64,000 nucleotides of DNA from an uncultured Candidatus Poseidoniales archaeon (lineage in GTDB: Archaea; Thermoplasmatota; Poseidoniia; Poseidoniales; Thalassarchaeaceae): NCBI GenBank assembly GCA_964013425.1, contig CAXGWC010000006.1, forward strand, positions 7,083-71,082. The letters run 5' to 3'. The notes below the pieces were generated by a model that was given only the letters and a program-made list of their open reading frames with translations, did not search any database and was not told the DNA's origin. A program made the translations under genes and the position numbers. Positions 49,759 to 58,645 of the stretch are shown piece after piece (the first letter of the stretch is position 1; every line of letters begins with the position of its first letter).

Positions 49759-51048
49759 TTATTCATGTTTTACAATAATACCATTAGCAAGTGTTTTGGA
49801 TATTGGATTCATACCAGGAGATTGACACCATGATTCGACCTTCCTTGAGTGAAGTATGTTAAAAGAAGCTGAATTATTTTCTGAAATTACACCATAATTT
49901 TTATTTTCATTATTCCTCAATGTCGTCGATGGGTTCCTAGTACTGGCAGCTAAAGCCGTGATTGGATCGATGCCACACCTGTGTGTGGCAAGAGACCCGA
50001 CGAATGGCATAGAAATTGTATTGCAATTAGGATTAAAATCTGAAGCAATAGAAAAGGCCCATGAATTTTCTACGCATTTTTTCATCGGAGGAAATTTATT
50101 CATACCCAATACATATTGTGTACCAGGGAGAAAAGTTTGCATTACTCCACTATCATGAGCCTTTGCTCGAGAATCATCATCCGACTTTGCTACGTGATCA
50201 GCACTAACTGACCCTAATTCTGCTGCGATGGCCAAACCACCCGAATCTACAAATTCGTCTGCATGTATCCTTGATGCCAATCCCATATTCTTTGAAGCTG
50301 TAATAATGTCGATTGTATCATCCACCGTGAACCAACCAGGTTCACAAAATACATCTGCCCACAGAGCAATACCTTGTTTTACAACCATTGGAAGTTGCTT
50401 ACTGATTAACTCTTCAATATAATCTTCCTTATTGTTCTGCCTAGGAACATCGTGTGCACCTAACCAAGTTGCTTGAATATCACATTCTGAAATTCGATTA
50501 ACTCTTTCTGTAGCTTCTAGCAATTTGAGTTCAGACTCGGTACTAAGGCCGTACCCACTTTTCGCTTCCATAGTTGTTGTACCCATTCTTAATGCATTGG
50601 AAGCTCTCTGAACTCCAAGGTCAACCAACTCCTGAATAGAACGACTTCTGGTGGCTTCAACCGTCTTCGATATTCCCCCTCCTATTTTTGAGATGTCTGA
50701 GTAACTCAAGCCCCTTTGCCTAAGTGCCATCTCGTTACTTCTATCTCCGTCCCATATCAAATGAGTATGTGAATCTACAAAACCAGGCACTATTGCTCCT
50801 CCTTTTGCATCTATGATGTTCATATCCCCTATCATTTCTGAATTTCTATCCCACGATGGAGCATATTCAGAGATTAAATCTTCTGAGTCTCTTATACTAA
50901 GTATAATCCCATCGTCAACTAAAATCCCCAATCCTTCTGAGTAGATATTCAGATCTTTATCACCCATTTCGTGACCTACGAGCGGTTTTGTGGAGTCGCC
51001 ATGGGACATGTGGGCTATTTCCCCAGAGTTAACCACCAGTGTTCGCAC
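49759..51048 (-). CDS. hutI: imidazolonepropionase
   Basis: Amidohydrolase motifs FVDSHTHLIWDG, RIHADE and ADH. 429 aa. GTG start. Confidence 0.88.
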   Translation of the reverse strand: MRTLVVNSGEIAHMSHGDSTKPLVGHEMGDKDLNIYSEGLGILVDDGIILSIRDSEDLISEYAPSWDRNSEMIGDMNIIDAKGGAIVPGFVDSHTHLIWDGDRSNEMALRQRGLSYSDISKIGGGISKTVEATRSRSIQELVDLGVQRASNALRMGTTTMEAKSGYGLSTESELKLLEATERVNRISECDIQATWLGAHDVPRQNNKEDYIEELISKQLPMVVKQGIALWADVFCEPGWFTVDDTIDIITASKNMGLASRIHADEFVDSGGLAIAAELGSVSADHVAKSDDDSRAKAHDSGVMQTFLPGTQYVLGMNKFPPMKKCVENSWAFSIASDFNPNCNTISMPFVGSLATHRCGIDPITALAASTRNPSTTLRNNENKNYGVISENNSASFNILHSRKVESWCQSPGMNPISKTLANGIIVKHE

Positions 51049-51097
51049 GGCTCTCGACAGTAGTGATGCTTGAAAGCACTACCCTTCTCGGAAATAC

Positions 51098-52105
51098 GTG
51101 ACAGGACTAATTGTGGGCATCGAGAGTACTGCTCATACACTATCTATTGGCTTTGTAGATGAATCAGGAAAGCTATTCTCGTCCGAATCAGCTTTATTCA
51201 AGCCAGAGGAAGGTGGGATACATCCCCGCGAGGCTGCCGATCATCATTCTCTAGTTGCACCGAACCTTGTCTCTTCTCTTATGAATAGGGAAGATTTCAG
51301 TCATGAAGATATTATTGCAGTCTCATTTAGTCAGGGCCCGGGCCTTGGACCATGCTTACGTATCGGAGCCTCGGTTGCCCGTTCACTCTCGTCTTTCTGG
51401 AAAGCTCCCCTAATTGGCGTTAACCATTGTGTCGCACACATTGAGGTAGGAAGGAATCAAACTGGTTGCGATGATCCAGTTTTATTGTATGCAAGTGGGG
51501 GAAATACACAAGTTATAGCCAGATCCGGAAGTAAGTACAGGGTAATCGGAGAGACTTTGGATATTGGCATTGGTAACATGCTGGATAAATTCGCTCGCAA
51601 CCATGGTATTCCTTTTCCTGGGGGTCCAGCTATTGAAAGACTGTCTCAAAAATGGGCTGAAAAAATATATGTCAATGAGCCAGAACTACTGACACTTCCA
51701 TATGGCGTGCATGGTACAGACCTAGCCTTTTCAGGACTATTGACATCCGCATTATCTCATTCTAAGAAATTACCATTGGAGCAAGTTTGTTACTCCCTTC
51801 AGGAGCATGCTTTCTCTAGTTGTATTGAGGTTGCTGAGAGGGCTATGGCCCATACTGGAAAATCCGAATTACTCCTAGGGGGTGGTGTTGCTTGTAATGA
51901 GAGGCTACGTCAGATGAGTGCTATAATGTGCGAAGAAAGAGGAGGACGATCTTTCTGGCCAGAAAAGCAGTACTGCATAGACAATGGAACCATGATTGCT
52001 GAATTGGGGAGGAAAGAGATACAATCTGGGAGGATTACAGAATTGGATGAAAGCGCTATTGACCCATCCATGAGAACCGACTCTTCTACTATAACATGGA
52101 CTTGA
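51098..52105 (+). CDS. kae1: tRNA N6-adenosine threonylcarbamoyltransferase Kae1 (not fused to Bud32)
   Basis: GIESTAHTLSIGF, NHCVAHIE, SGGNTQV, GNMLDKFAR and DNGTMIA. GTG start. Confidence 0.92.
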   Translation: MTGLIVGIESTAHTLSIGFVDESGKLFSSESALFKPEEGGIHPREAADHHSLVAPNLVSSLMNREDFSHEDIIAVSFSQGPGLGPCLRIGASVARSLSSFWKAPLIGVNHCVAHIEVGRNQTGCDDPVLLYASGGNTQVIARSGSKYRVIGETLDIGIGNMLDKFARNHGIPFPGGPAIERLSQKWAEKIYVNEPELLTLPYGVHGTDLAFSGLLTSALSHSKKLPLEQVCYSLQEHAFSSCIEVAERAMAHTGKSELLLGGGVACNERLRQMSAIMCEERGGRSFWPEKQYCIDNGTMIAELGRKEIQSGRITELDESAIDPSMRTDSSTITWT

Positions 52106-52133
52106 TAGCACCAAGTCTTATGAGAGGCCTTCA

Positions 52134-52898
52134 ATGCGGAGTATTGGAGATAGTGTAGTGCAGAGGAGAAGGAAACCGAGAGCTAAGCCTCGCGATGTGT
52201 TTAGTGGATCCTCTTCTACCCCAAGCAAAGTTACCAAAAATCCGCCTCCAAGAGAGAGTAAAAAACCCCCAGCGGTTCCTCCTTCTAAGCCTTCCATCCC
52301 AAAAAAAGCTTCAAGAGACACATCCGTAAATGATTCTGATAAGGCCAAAGACACTGGTAATATCAGGAGTAACGAATCAGCAAATTCTACAGAAATCATT
52401 CAGAATAATATTTTGGGCGACTCTAGGAAAACCATAGGCCTGAGGAATAAAATAGAATCATCAGAACCTGAGATTAAAGAAAATGTCACAAGTAAAAAAG
52501 CTCAAGACATAATTGACAAAAGTAGAGCGAGGGCTATGGAATCCTTAGTAAAGAAGGCCATAACTCCCGATCCTGCAGAAAAGCAAATAGTACCTGCCCC
52601 ACCTAAGAAAAGAGTTAGGAAGGCTAGGAATTCTTTCCAGCCCGCAGAAAGAAAAAGGAGACTTGATAGAAGTCGACATATGGAATACAAATACGAAGTC
52701 AGGAGATTATTAGTCGAGTTAAATGTTGATGAAGAACACCGATCTAGCCTACTGGGTACTATCTGGGCTAAGGGTGAAAGGCAAACAGTATCTGATGCTA
52801 AAGACTTCTTGTTTACAAAGCACTCAGAGGGCGTCATTGATGAACATCAGCTAGAGACTCTCAATAAGGTCGTAGATGGATATACGGTTAGACGCTGA
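52134..52898 (+). CDS. hypothetical highly basic protein (Lys/Pro/Ser-rich N-terminus, structured C-terminal ~90 aa)
   Basis: ORF with a low-complexity basic N-terminal two-thirds. No motif recognised. Confidence 0.5.
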   Translation: MRSIGDSVVQRRRKPRAKPRDVFSGSSSTPSKVTKNPPPRESKKPPAVPPSKPSIPKKASRDTSVNDSDKAKDTGNIRSNESANSTEIIQNNILGDSRKTIGLRNKIESSEPEIKENVTSKKAQDIIDKSRARAMESLVKKAITPDPAEKQIVPAPPKKRVRKARNSFQPAERKRRLDRSRHMEYKYEVRRLLVELNVDEEHRSSLLGTIWAKGERQTVSDAKDFLFTKHSEGVIDEHQLETLNKVVDGYTVRR

Positions 52899-52955
52899 AT
52901 ACGTATAATTCATTTCCTCCTCCCTGTTGGATTATACTCGGGTGTATCCGAGGTA

Positions 52956-54464
52956 ATGCTAATGGATGAAATTGTGAAGGCTGGAAAACCACCGTACACT
53001 AGTGGCATATATCCCGACATGTATAGGACTAGGCTTTGGACAATGAGGCAATATGCAGGGTTTTCTACTGCTAAACAGACTAATGAAAGATTCAGATTAT
53101 TACTAGAACAGGGTCAGACCGGCCTTTCTGTTGCATTTGATTTACCCACCCAACTAGGTCTTGACTCGGATAATAATAAGTCATTAGGAGAAGTTGGGAA
53201 AGTAGGCGTACCAATAGACTCTATTTCAGACATGAGATTATTATTTGACGGAATAGATCTTTCTACCGTTTCAACATCAATGACAATCAATGCGCCAGCC
53301 ACAACCTTGCTTGCATTGTATGTTGCAGTTGCCGATGAGCAGGGAGTAGACAGGAAATATCTCAGAGGAACAGTTCAGAATGATATTCTCAAAGAATATA
53401 TTGCGCGGGGACTCTACATTTATCCTCCTGAGGCATCTATGAGATTGACATCTGATCTGATGAAATGGTGCTCCAGAAATGCCCCGTCCTGGAATACTAT
53501 CTCAGTAAGTGGATACCATATGAGGGAGGCTGGTTGTACTGCTGTTGAAGAAGTAGCCCTAACTATTCTGAATGGTATTGAATATGTTAAAAATGCCATT
53601 GATAGTGGAATGTCGGTAGACGACTTTGCACCTAGAATCTCATTCTTTTTTGCTTGCCAAAATAATATTTTAGAAGAAATCTCAAAATTCCGTGCTGCTA
53701 GGGAAATTTGGTATGAATTGATAACCAATAGATTCAATCCTAAAAATCCAAAATCTGCCATGCTCAGATTCCACACACAAACTGCAGGAGCTACCCTAAC
53801 TGCCCAGCAACCCTTCAACAACATAGTAAGAGTATCCTATCAAGCACTTTCAGCAGTTTTAGGGGGCACTCAATCACTCCACACTAACAGCTATGATGAG
53901 GCCATAGGGCTACCAACACGCGAGGCTGTTACGATCGCTCTGAGAACGCAGCAAATATTGGCCTCTGAAACAGGAGTTGCAAAACACATTGACCCCCTTG
54001 CCGGCTCGTATGTAATCGAAGAAATGACGTCAGATATAGTCAAAAAATCCTTCGAATTAATAGAAAAGATAGAGTCACATGGAGGAGCATTATCGGGAGT
54101 TAGATCGGGTATACAACAGAGGATGATTCATGAGAGTGCATGGAAACATCTCAATTCTCTAGAGGACGGCTCAACTAAGGTCATTGGAGTTAACGTCAAT
54201 CAGCAACAAGAGGAGTCTATTGAAGGCCAGATACTGGACCCGAAGCTTGCTGAGGACCAGGTATTATCACTGAAAAAATTTAGATCCGAGAGGAATAATG
54301 AATATGTAAAGAAATCACTGGATAAACTCAGAATAGCTTGCCAAACAGATGACAATCTAATGGACTTCATCATAGATGCAGTCAAATCTAATTGTACTGT
54401 GGGTGAAATAAATGAAGTACTTAGTGACTCATTCGGTACATGGGTGTCTCCAAGCGGTGTTTAG
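52956..54464 (+). CDS. methylmalonyl-CoA mutase, catalytic (large) subunit without B12-binding domain
   Basis: RTRLWTMRQYAGFSTAKQTNERFRLLLEQGQTGLSVAFDLPTQ and SGYHMREAG. 502 aa, the split archaeal form. Confidence 0.92.
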   Translation: MLMDEIVKAGKPPYTSGIYPDMYRTRLWTMRQYAGFSTAKQTNERFRLLLEQGQTGLSVAFDLPTQLGLDSDNNKSLGEVGKVGVPIDSISDMRLLFDGIDLSTVSTSMTINAPATTLLALYVAVADEQGVDRKYLRGTVQNDILKEYIARGLYIYPPEASMRLTSDLMKWCSRNAPSWNTISVSGYHMREAGCTAVEEVALTILNGIEYVKNAIDSGMSVDDFAPRISFFFACQNNILEEISKFRAAREIWYELITNRFNPKNPKSAMLRFHTQTAGATLTAQQPFNNIVRVSYQALSAVLGGTQSLHTNSYDEAIGLPTREAVTIALRTQQILASETGVAKHIDPLAGSYVIEEMTSDIVKKSFELIEKIESHGGALSGVRSGIQQRMIHESAWKHLNSLEDGSTKVIGVNVNQQQEESIEGQILDPKLAEDQVLSLKKFRSERNNEYVKKSLDKLRIACQTDDNLMDFIIDAVKSNCTVGEINEVLSDSFGTWVSPSGV

Positions 54465-54863
54465 ATGACTAAAATAGACCATATTGGTATCGCTACTAAT
54501 TCAATCCCTGACTCTATTCCGTTCTGGGAAGCTCTAGGATTCACACCTTCTGGAGGTGGGCTAGTAGAAGATCAAGGCGTGAAAGTTAGGTATTTAATTA
54601 ACGAATCTGATACCCGGATCGAATTGCTAGAGCCAACATCATCCAGTACACCTGTTGGTAAATTTATTCAGAAGAAGGGAGTAGGAATTCAACAGTTAGC
54701 AATATCTGTCGATGACGTTTCAGAAACCATATCCAAACTCTTAGAAATGGGCATCAAGATGATCAATACCGTGCCTCAAATAGGCCATGGAGGAAATAAA
54801 ATAGCGTTTGTCCATCCGTCATCTTCAGGCGGGGTACTGATAGAGCTAGTCGAGTACGTTTGA
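54465..54863 (+). CDS. mce: methylmalonyl-CoA epimerase (VOC/glyoxalase fold)
   Basis: IDHIGIATNSI, RIELLEP, GIQQLAISVDD and FVHPSSSGGVLIELVE. Starts at the mutase stop codon. Confidence 0.88.
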   Translation: MTKIDHIGIATNSIPDSIPFWEALGFTPSGGGLVEDQGVKVRYLINESDTRIELLEPTSSSTPVGKFIQKKGVGIQQLAISVDDVSETISKLLEMGIKMINTVPQIGHGGNKIAFVHPSSSGGVLIELVEYV

Positions 54864-54897
54864 AAATCATCAAAAAGCCAACTATGTTCGGAACTCC

Positions 54898-55218
54898 ATG
54901 ATTACTTCAATAAACAGCGTTACTGGTCAAGAGACACGTATCTCTAGTGAGATTACTCAAGAGGTTGAATTTCTATCTGCAACACTCAGCCTTCTCAGGG
55001 ATTCAGAAAAGATTTCCAATGATGAGTTTTTAGAAGCCGGCTTAATACAAGGTGGCTTGAATCTTCTATCTGCTATGATTTCTAACGGTGTTGAAGCTGA
55101 AGAATTAGAGATCCAAATTACTTCTTTGAAAGATCGAGCACTACTAATCTGTCAAAGATTTCCAAACTTGGATGAGAAAATTGAGAGTATGAGATTGCCT
55201 ATCTCCAGAGATTCCTAG
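54898..55218 (+). CDS. hypothetical protein
   Basis: ORF only. Helical, acidic. Confidence 0.4.
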   Translation: MITSINSVTGQETRISSEITQEVEFLSATLSLLRDSEKISNDEFLEAGLIQGGLNLLSAMISNGVEAEELEIQITSLKDRALLICQRFPNLDEKIESMRLPISRDS

Positions 55219-56026
55219 TGGATGGGAACTCTTCATTACAATATTCATACACTTCGGAATAGAAATTCTTTACTTTTTCCTCTATTTCATGATTAACTGT
55301 GGTAGGAGATTTTGTCTTATTCACCTTAACGGACGCAAAATCATACTTTGCCTTTATACCAACAAAATTAGATACATTATCAATCTTATCCGAATCGAAC
55401 ATTTCTTCGTAAATACCGATGTAGATATCCTCTCGATCGAACACCCCTCTGACTGACTCAATCGTCTTATCGTACCTCGTTCTGATTGTACAATGCTCAC
55501 TCTTGTAATACTGTTCTAAGGCTTGTAAAAAATCCGTCTCTCCATTTTCTATGCCTTCGTCATAGTTTTTCCTATCTAGATTGTACCTTACAGCGCTCTT
55601 TATTCTATCGACAGGATCCCTCAATAACATTACTGCCTTGCAATCAATATCCCTTTGTTTGAACCCCGAGTAAATACTACTTAGCCTTGATTTTTGTAGA
55701 CCGCTATACGATGGAGTAATATCTGCAGTAATGGTTACAGTATCAGAAAAAATAGATTCAAAATAATCAAAATATGATTCATTATCTGTCTGCATATGAT
55801 ATCTCAGGTAATTGCTCTTATCTAACATATTACGTATTAATCCGGGCCTTTTTACTATGTTATAACTCATAATTGGTATATCTATCGCATCCCAAATATG
55901 GTATTCTTTTAGTTCACCTCCATCAAACTTTTCAGATTGCTGTAAGTAACGATATAACCAACTCGTTCCACATTTTTGAAACCCCAGTCCCAAAACAAAA
56001 GTATTCTTCGACTTCGTAGGTTCCAC
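55199..56026 (-). CDS. sulfotransferase-family protein
   Basis: 5'-PSB-like loop GFQKCGTSWLYRYL and 3'-PB-like LLRDPVDRIKS. The gene is visibly more AT-rich than the window average. Confidence 0.7.
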   Translation of the reverse strand: MEPTKSKNTFVLGLGFQKCGTSWLYRYLQQSEKFDGGELKEYHIWDAIDIPIMSYNIVKRPGLIRNMLDKSNYLRYHMQTDNESYFDYFESIFSDTVTITADITPSYSGLQKSRLSSIYSGFKQRDIDCKAVMLLRDPVDRIKSAVRYNLDRKNYDEGIENGETDFLQALEQYYKSEHCTIRTRYDKTIESVRGVFDREDIYIGIYEEMFDSDKIDNVSNFVGIKAKYDFASVKVNKTKSPTTVNHEIEEKVKNFYSEVYEYCNEEFPSTRNLWR

Positions 56027-56131
56027 TAACTTCCCCGATTAGCGAAGCGATAACTACTATTTTAACTAATAATTATAATAGCGAGGTATTACTCAAGGAA
56101 TATTTATTAAAACTAGCCACTGGGAATTTAC

Positions 56132-56314
56132 ATGCCTAAGGTCAGTCTTGACATGCCAAACCAGATATTACTGGACCTCAAGATGCATGTTGGTGATGAT
56201 AAGAAATTCGTTAGTGTGGCAGATGCCATTAGAACAGCATGTAGAAAGTTGCTAGATCAACTCGACACAATAGACGAAAGACACGGGAGATTTAACAATG
56301 ACAACCAGAGATGA
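56132..56314 (+). CDS. ribbon-helix-helix (CopG/Arc-like) small DNA-binding protein
   Basis: N-terminal beta strand KVSLDMPNQILLDL followed by helices (VSVADAIRTACRKLLDQL). The 3' end overlaps folE. Confidence 0.5.
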   Translation: MPKVSLDMPNQILLDLKMHVGDDKKFVSVADAIRTACRKLLDQLDTIDERHGRFNNDNQR

Positions 56315-56864
56315 AGCAGTAGAAGCTGTTGAAAAATTGGTTAGATATGTTGAGTCAGTTAATGGTGGTCTTAGAGAGGGGCTAATTGATACACCGCAAA
56401 GAGTCATTAATTCATACGAAGAAATATATTCAGGATACTCATTAAAACCAAGTGAAATCCTAGACTCCACATTCAATGGAGAAGACTATGATGGCATAGT
56501 TCTTCTGAAAAATATTGAGTTTCACAGTACATGCGAACATCATCTCCAACCGTTCAGTGGCAAGGCCCATATCGCGTATATCCCAGTCGATAGAATCGTC
56601 GGGATCAGTAAATTAGCTAGGTTACTAGATTGCCACAGTAAAAGATTACAGAACCAGGAAAGGATTACTAAATCCATAGCTGACGATATTATGGAACATC
56701 TAAAACCACTTGGTTGCGCTGTAATTGTAGAGGCAAAGCACGGTTGTATGACATGCAGGGGAGTCTCTAAGCAGAACGCCTTCATGACTACCAGTTCCAT
56801 GAAAGGGGTATTTTTCGACAATGCAGAGGCTAGAAATGAGCTGTTTCAATTAATCAATAACTAG
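56298..56864 (+). CDS. folE: GTP cyclohydrolase I (FolE type 1)
   Basis: STCEHHLQPFSGKAHIAYIP, QERITKSIAD and HGCMTCRG (Zn ligands present). Confidence 0.92.
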   Translation: MTTRDEAVEAVEKLVRYVESVNGGLREGLIDTPQRVINSYEEIYSGYSLKPSEILDSTFNGEDYDGIVLLKNIEFHSTCEHHLQPFSGKAHIAYIPVDRIVGISKLARLLDCHSKRLQNQERITKSIADDIMEHLKPLGCAVIVEAKHGCMTCRGVSKQNAFMTTSSMKGVFFDNAEARNELFQLINN

Positions 56865-56876
56865 TTGGATGATATA

Positions 56877-57473
56877 ATGATAAAATATCCAGTAGTAGAA
56901 ATCTTTCATTCGGTTCAAGGTGAGGGATTTCATTCGGGTGTACCACATGTATTCATAAGATTTGGAAACTGTAACCTAAGATGCGAGTGGTGCGATACTG
57001 ATTTCCTGAAATATGAGGAATTATCGTTAGATGAAATTACAGAAAAGGTACTTTCATTTGGATGCAAGAGGGTAATATTCACGGGTGGAGAACCAGCCTT
57101 ACAAGATCTAAAGACCATTGGTAGAAGACTCAAAGAATTTGGAATTTCATTATCCATAGAGACAAACGGGACTGTAGAGATAGATCCAATCATAGATTGG
57201 ATATGTGTTAGTCCTAAAGATCAGATTTACCCAGATGTAAAAATAAAGCAGGTTATAGGTGATGAATTGAAGATAGTATACTGTGGACAGGATCTATCCA
57301 TGTACGATGAGCTAAAATCTGGCTTTACATATCATTATATTCAACCTCTTTATTTGGAAAACGAAAGCGTGGAATCTAATGGAATCGGGTTCCAAACTGT
57401 AGAAGAGCTAGTCAAGAATTCCCCCGGTTGGAGACTATCCTTACAAACTCACAAATGGATGGGTGTCCTTTAA
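56877..57473 (+). CDS. queE: 7-carboxy-7-deazaguanine synthase (radical SAM)
   Basis: EIFHSVQGEG and FIRFGNCNLRCEWCDT. ATG 56877 preferred over TTG 56865. Confidence 0.9.
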   Translation: MIKYPVVEIFHSVQGEGFHSGVPHVFIRFGNCNLRCEWCDTDFLKYEELSLDEITEKVLSFGCKRVIFTGGEPALQDLKTIGRRLKEFGISLSIETNGTVEIDPIIDWICVSPKDQIYPDVKIKQVIGDELKIVYCGQDLSMYDELKSGFTYHYIQPLYLENESVESNGIGFQTVEELVKNSPGWRLSLQTHKWMGVL

Positions 57474-58252
57474 TGCCTCCAAGAGCCATAATGGCATTAT
57501 CTGGGGGCATGGATTCCACATCATTACTTCTTCGGCTTCTCAGAGAGGGGTACTCAGTAACCTGTGTTAGTTATCTGTATGGTCAGAAACATTCTATTGA
57601 GATAGAAAAGGCCATGGAAAATGTCGAACGGTTAAAGTCTAGAGAATTTATCGTAAATCACAAGATAATTGACTTACGATCTGCAATGGGTTCGTTTCAC
57701 TCTGCTTTGACTGATGAAAACTTCGAGGTTCCCGAAGGACATTATGAAGAAGTACAGATGAAACAAACTGTAGTGCCAAATAGGAATGCCATATTCTCAT
57801 CAATTTTGTATGGAATGGGGTTAAGCATATCTCAGAAAGAAGATTGTAATGTCACCATTGCCTTGGGCGTACACAGTGGGGATCACGCTATCTATCCAGA
57901 TTGTAGGCCTGAATTTTACAATGCTCTTTCTACTGCATTCCAAATAGGAAATTGGAATTCAGAAAGAATCAGTTTTGAGTTGCCGTATATAGAAGGTAAT
58001 AAGACAACTATTCTGAAAGACGCTCTACGTTCCTGCGATATTTTAAATCTTGATTTTAATGAGATAATGCGTAGTACAATAACCTCGTACAACCCAGATA
58101 TATCGGGACGTTCTAGTGGAAAGTCTGGATCTGACGTTGAACGAATATTGGCATTCCACGAGATAGGTCATGTGGATCCCATCGAATACATCTCTTCATG
58201 GGAAACCGTACTAGAGAACGCATTAAAACTAAAAAATAAAGTTGGTGAATAA
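57473..58252 (+). CDS. queC: 7-cyano-7-deazaguanine synthase-like protein (QueC family) lacking the C-terminal Zn-Cys4 site
   Basis: PP-loop ALSGGMDS, YGQKH, VPNRN and GDHAIYPDCRPEF. The usual CYxx...CGxCxxCxxR is TSYNPDISGRSSGKSGSDVER here. The ATG overlaps the queE TAA. Confidence 0.85.
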   Translation: MPPRAIMALSGGMDSTSLLLRLLREGYSVTCVSYLYGQKHSIEIEKAMENVERLKSREFIVNHKIIDLRSAMGSFHSALTDENFEVPEGHYEEVQMKQTVVPNRNAIFSSILYGMGLSISQKEDCNVTIALGVHSGDHAIYPDCRPEFYNALSTAFQIGNWNSERISFELPYIEGNKTTILKDALRSCDILNLDFNEIMRSTITSYNPDISGRSSGKSGSDVERILAFHEIGHVDPIEYISSWETVLENALKLKNKVGE

Positions 58253-58253
58253 C

Positions 58254-58643
58254 ATGGTAGATCGAGATAATGAATGGAGGGATCAATTAAGTGATCTTGC
58301 TTATAGAGTTACTAGGAAAGGCGATACTGAAAGGCCGTATACAGGTAAATATTACCTCGAAGAAAGGAATGGGAATTACTATTGCATTTGTTGTAACCAT
58401 CTCTTATTCACTTCTGAAATGAAGTATCATTCAGGGTGTGGTTGGCCAGCTTTTCATACAGAGCACGAACAAGCAGGAATCAAAAGAATAGTTGACCTGA
58501 GTCATGGAATGCGTAGAATAGAAGTCAAATGTGGAAAGTGTGATGCGCATCTAGGACATGTATTTGATGACGGACCGAAGGAATATGGCGGTGAAAGGTA
58601 TTGCATAAATTCTGTCTGCTTAGAATTTGTCACGGAGGCATAA
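58254..58643 (+). CDS. msrB: peptide-methionine (R)-S-oxide reductase
   Basis: YYCICCNHLLF, GCGWPAF, CGKCDAHLGHVFDDGP and YCINS. Confidence 0.93.
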   Translation: MVDRDNEWRDQLSDLAYRVTRKGDTERPYTGKYYLEERNGNYYCICCNHLLFTSEMKYHSGCGWPAFHTEHEQAGIKRIVDLSHGMRRIEVKCGKCDAHLGHVFDDGPKEYGGERYCINSVCLEFVTEA

Positions 58644-58645
58644 AA

